From: Chrysemys picta bellii
Taxonomy: Eukaryota
DNA length: 64,000 nt
Assembly: GCF_011386835.1 (NCBI RefSeq)
Contig: NC_088792.1
Span: 226,052,001-226,116,000, forward strand
Direction of reading: 5' to 3'
This document shows positions 61,316 to 64,000 of this stretch, one piece after another. Positions within the stretch are counted from its first letter, which is position 1; every line of letters begins with the position of its first letter. The notes beneath the pieces are model-generated. The model had not been told where the DNA came from, made no database searches, and saw only the letters and a program-made list of their open reading frames with translations. The translations under genes were made by a program, and so were the position numbers.

Positions 61316-64000
61316 GATGCATTCCATACATCATACATACAAAGAAATAAGTGCTATCTGTGAAAGTCGTAATTCTAGGAGCAATGTCACCATCTCAGAG
61401 TGCTTTGAGTGATGGATGAAGTGATGTTACCCGTGGAAGTACCTTTTCCAGAGATCGAGCTTACAGTTTCTGGAAAAATACTACTGTGCTGCTATCAGAG
61501 TTGAATCCAACCTCCAAATCTCCATCCTCAGCACAGCTGAATGGGTTCCTTCATGCTCAGAGAAAGCTGAAAGTTTGCCAAAGCAGGAGGCCAGTGTTCA
61601 ATTTTAATCCTTTTATTTTGCAGTAGAAGCAGCATCCAGAACTCTATGAATTCCACTAAAATGTAGCTGTCATATAAACAATCCACAGAACTGGTTAATG
61701 GATAGTGAAATATGCCACCATTTGACTTTTAATCTAGGTACAAACTGTAACTGAGAGAGGCCCAGGGCTAGCTCTACAGTTCAACAGTCTCTTAGATGAC
61801 ATAGTATGAAAATAACACTGATGATCTATTAGAAGCTTGGAGAAAAGAATTCAGTCTTTCTGGCATGCAAAGTTAAGGTCACAGGCCAAATACAGCTCTA
61901 GTATTAACCAGGTTCAACTCAATTGATTTTGCTGGAGCTGGAGCCACTTACGCCAGGGCTGAATTTGATCTCATGAGGTTGGAATTTATAAGGTGAGGTT
62001 TGGTTTTTTTTAGATCAAATGCACATTTTGGATAACACCCGCACCCACAAACATTAAATGTGTGATTTACGTGGTAATTACTTGTACTCAGCTGTACTCT
62101 GCAAAACTGGATCTAAACCCAAATGGACTACAATTAGTGTAATTAAATCTGGCTGAGTACACAAATGATTTAGTGCCTGACTCCCATGGACTTTTAGTCT
62201 AGAGAATGGAGGGTGGGGGAAGGATGAGGAGGAAATCGTGATTATTATTTATATTGCAGTAGCACTTAGAAGCCTAGGTTCCATTGGGCTGGGCATACTA
62301 CAAACACATAAGAAACAATCCTGGCTCCATAGGTACATGTAGGATTTATTTAGTAGTTGTGTCTGTTGTTTGCACCACTTGGACATTTGAAATTCACCCC
62401 TGGTTTGGAGGGCTACCCTCTCTACCACTTTAGCACTCCAGTGACGCTGCAGAAAAGAAAAGGCTGTCAAGGCAGGCTGGAAGAGAGGCCAGTAGATCCA
62501 TGAATATACTGACTAAGTGGCCTTATCACCCTGTATAGAGGGTGTGCAGCAGTTACTATTCTGATGTACGTTGCTTGGGGGTGAAGTCAATCTTCCCAAT
62601 CCCAGGCTGGAAATCCTGTTTACCCTGGCAGCTTTGTGTGAGAGGGCTGGGTTTGATCTGCAAGAAATGTTGTGGAAAAAATGAACTGCAAAGTTGAGGT
62701 CTGATACTGCCCCCTTCTGAAGTTAGTAACAAAATTATGCACCTCAATGGGAGCAAGATCTGGCCCTTGCAGAAACTATTAGACTGCTTAATCATGTGTA
62801 GCATTTTGATACCTTAACAACATACATATATATATATTTTATTGACCTACTTGTGTTCCAGTTCATTAAGCCCAGCTGTTCTCAGAGGAGGAGAAAAAAA
62901 GCAGACAGCAATGGGAAGAGGGATCCAACCAACTAAAACAAACTGGAATAGTTGTTTTAAATGCCTCATGCGTTTATCTAGCACTTTCAAGGGAAAAAGC
63001 AGTTTTATTACAGAAATTTGCCAGTAAAACATGAGTTTCACTAACAGAAAAGGGGTAAAACGAATGACAAAAGCCTTTTTGCTGTTATAAATAGGGAGGA
63101 AGGAGGAAGCAGTTTAAGCTCTACTGATAGCAAATGGAGGAAAACACTCCCTCTTTCTTATCAGCCATTCAACATCTCAACATTGAGGTAGCTTTTATTG
63201 TGGAGGTTTCTGAATATATTTTGTTTTCTAATTCACAATGGCAGAATATACAAACAGATTTGTCTCTACTTCCTATTCTCGTTTATACAATAAAGTAAAT
63301 AAAAAGATTAAATTCCTCAATAATTGTATGCTACCCATAAATCTGAGGATATATTTCAATAATTTTGTGGTCTTCTTCAAAGTGTTTTATATTTATACTT
63401 TGGAGATGGCTTTATAAATGCATTGCGAGTTTTAAAAGTAAAGGTTGCTAAAAGGGAATTTTAGTGTGTGACATGAAAGCAGAGGAGAAAAAAACAACTC
63501 AACTCAATACTCTCTTTCTCACTGCATATGGTAGAGGCTTTACTTCATAAGCAACTAAATAACGAATAAACTGTGAATAAATGTTTTGAAAATGTAACTG
63601 TGTATTCTCACTTGAAAATCTGCACTCAATTTATACTATTTCAACAACTATATAAGGCCCTGCCAGAAAAATACCATGTATGCTCTAAAATGCTAGAGGC
63701 AGATCCTTAGCTGGTGCAAATTGTCATAGCTTCATTGAAGTCAGTAGAGCTATGGCAATTTACCTTACCTGAGGATCTTCCCTGCAATTTTAAAGACACA
63801 AAGGGGGTTAGGTGTCCAATTCCAATTGAAAGTAAATGGGAGCTGGGTTCCTAACTCCCCTTTGTGCCCCCACCCGCAGATTGCATATATTACATATATA
63901 TGATCAGATTATGTCTTGCCCTGAACCAAGCATACAAGGGGCAGAAAGAATGTAAAATGTGCAGGGGGTGAGCATATGTGCTCAGGGAGAGGTGGTGTTC

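Noticed and set aside
52107-64000. Search for TOX exon 5 ([24 protein letters not shown]...)
   Set aside because: No matching minus-strand coding sequence found; it must lie beyond the window.

Overview
Vertebrate genomic DNA, almost certainly a turtle: it carries the tortoise tRNA-derived PolIII/SINE, a PsCR1-type CR1 LINE and typical turtle hAT and Harbinger MITEs. The only host gene is TOX on the minus strand. Its last four coding exons are at 52026-52106, 37966-38352, 17672-17823 and 16125-16161 (exons 6-9 by human numbering), all with GT-AG sites and consistent phases. A ~2.2-kb 3' UTR ends near 13950, and the upstream exons lie beyond base 64000. The introns and downstream flank are full of transposons. 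The largest cluster is a ~10.6-kb nested stack in intron 7: a chromodomain Gypsy interrupted by a CR1, itself interrupted by a 2990-bp CpG-rich hAT transposon with an exact 8-bp TSD and a reconstructable ~830-aa transposase (horizontal-transfer candidate). The most unusual unexplained structure is at 24344-24541. An old CR1 fragment there is broken by a patchwork of local snap-back and tandem copies, plus two short segments copied from unique-looking sequence 21-23 kb away (47181-47233 inverted, 51/53 identical; 45416-45447 direct, 31/32 identical). This looks like a fossil templated double-strand-break repair event. Almost all other ORFs in the supplied track are repeat-derived or spurious. 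There are three N gaps.
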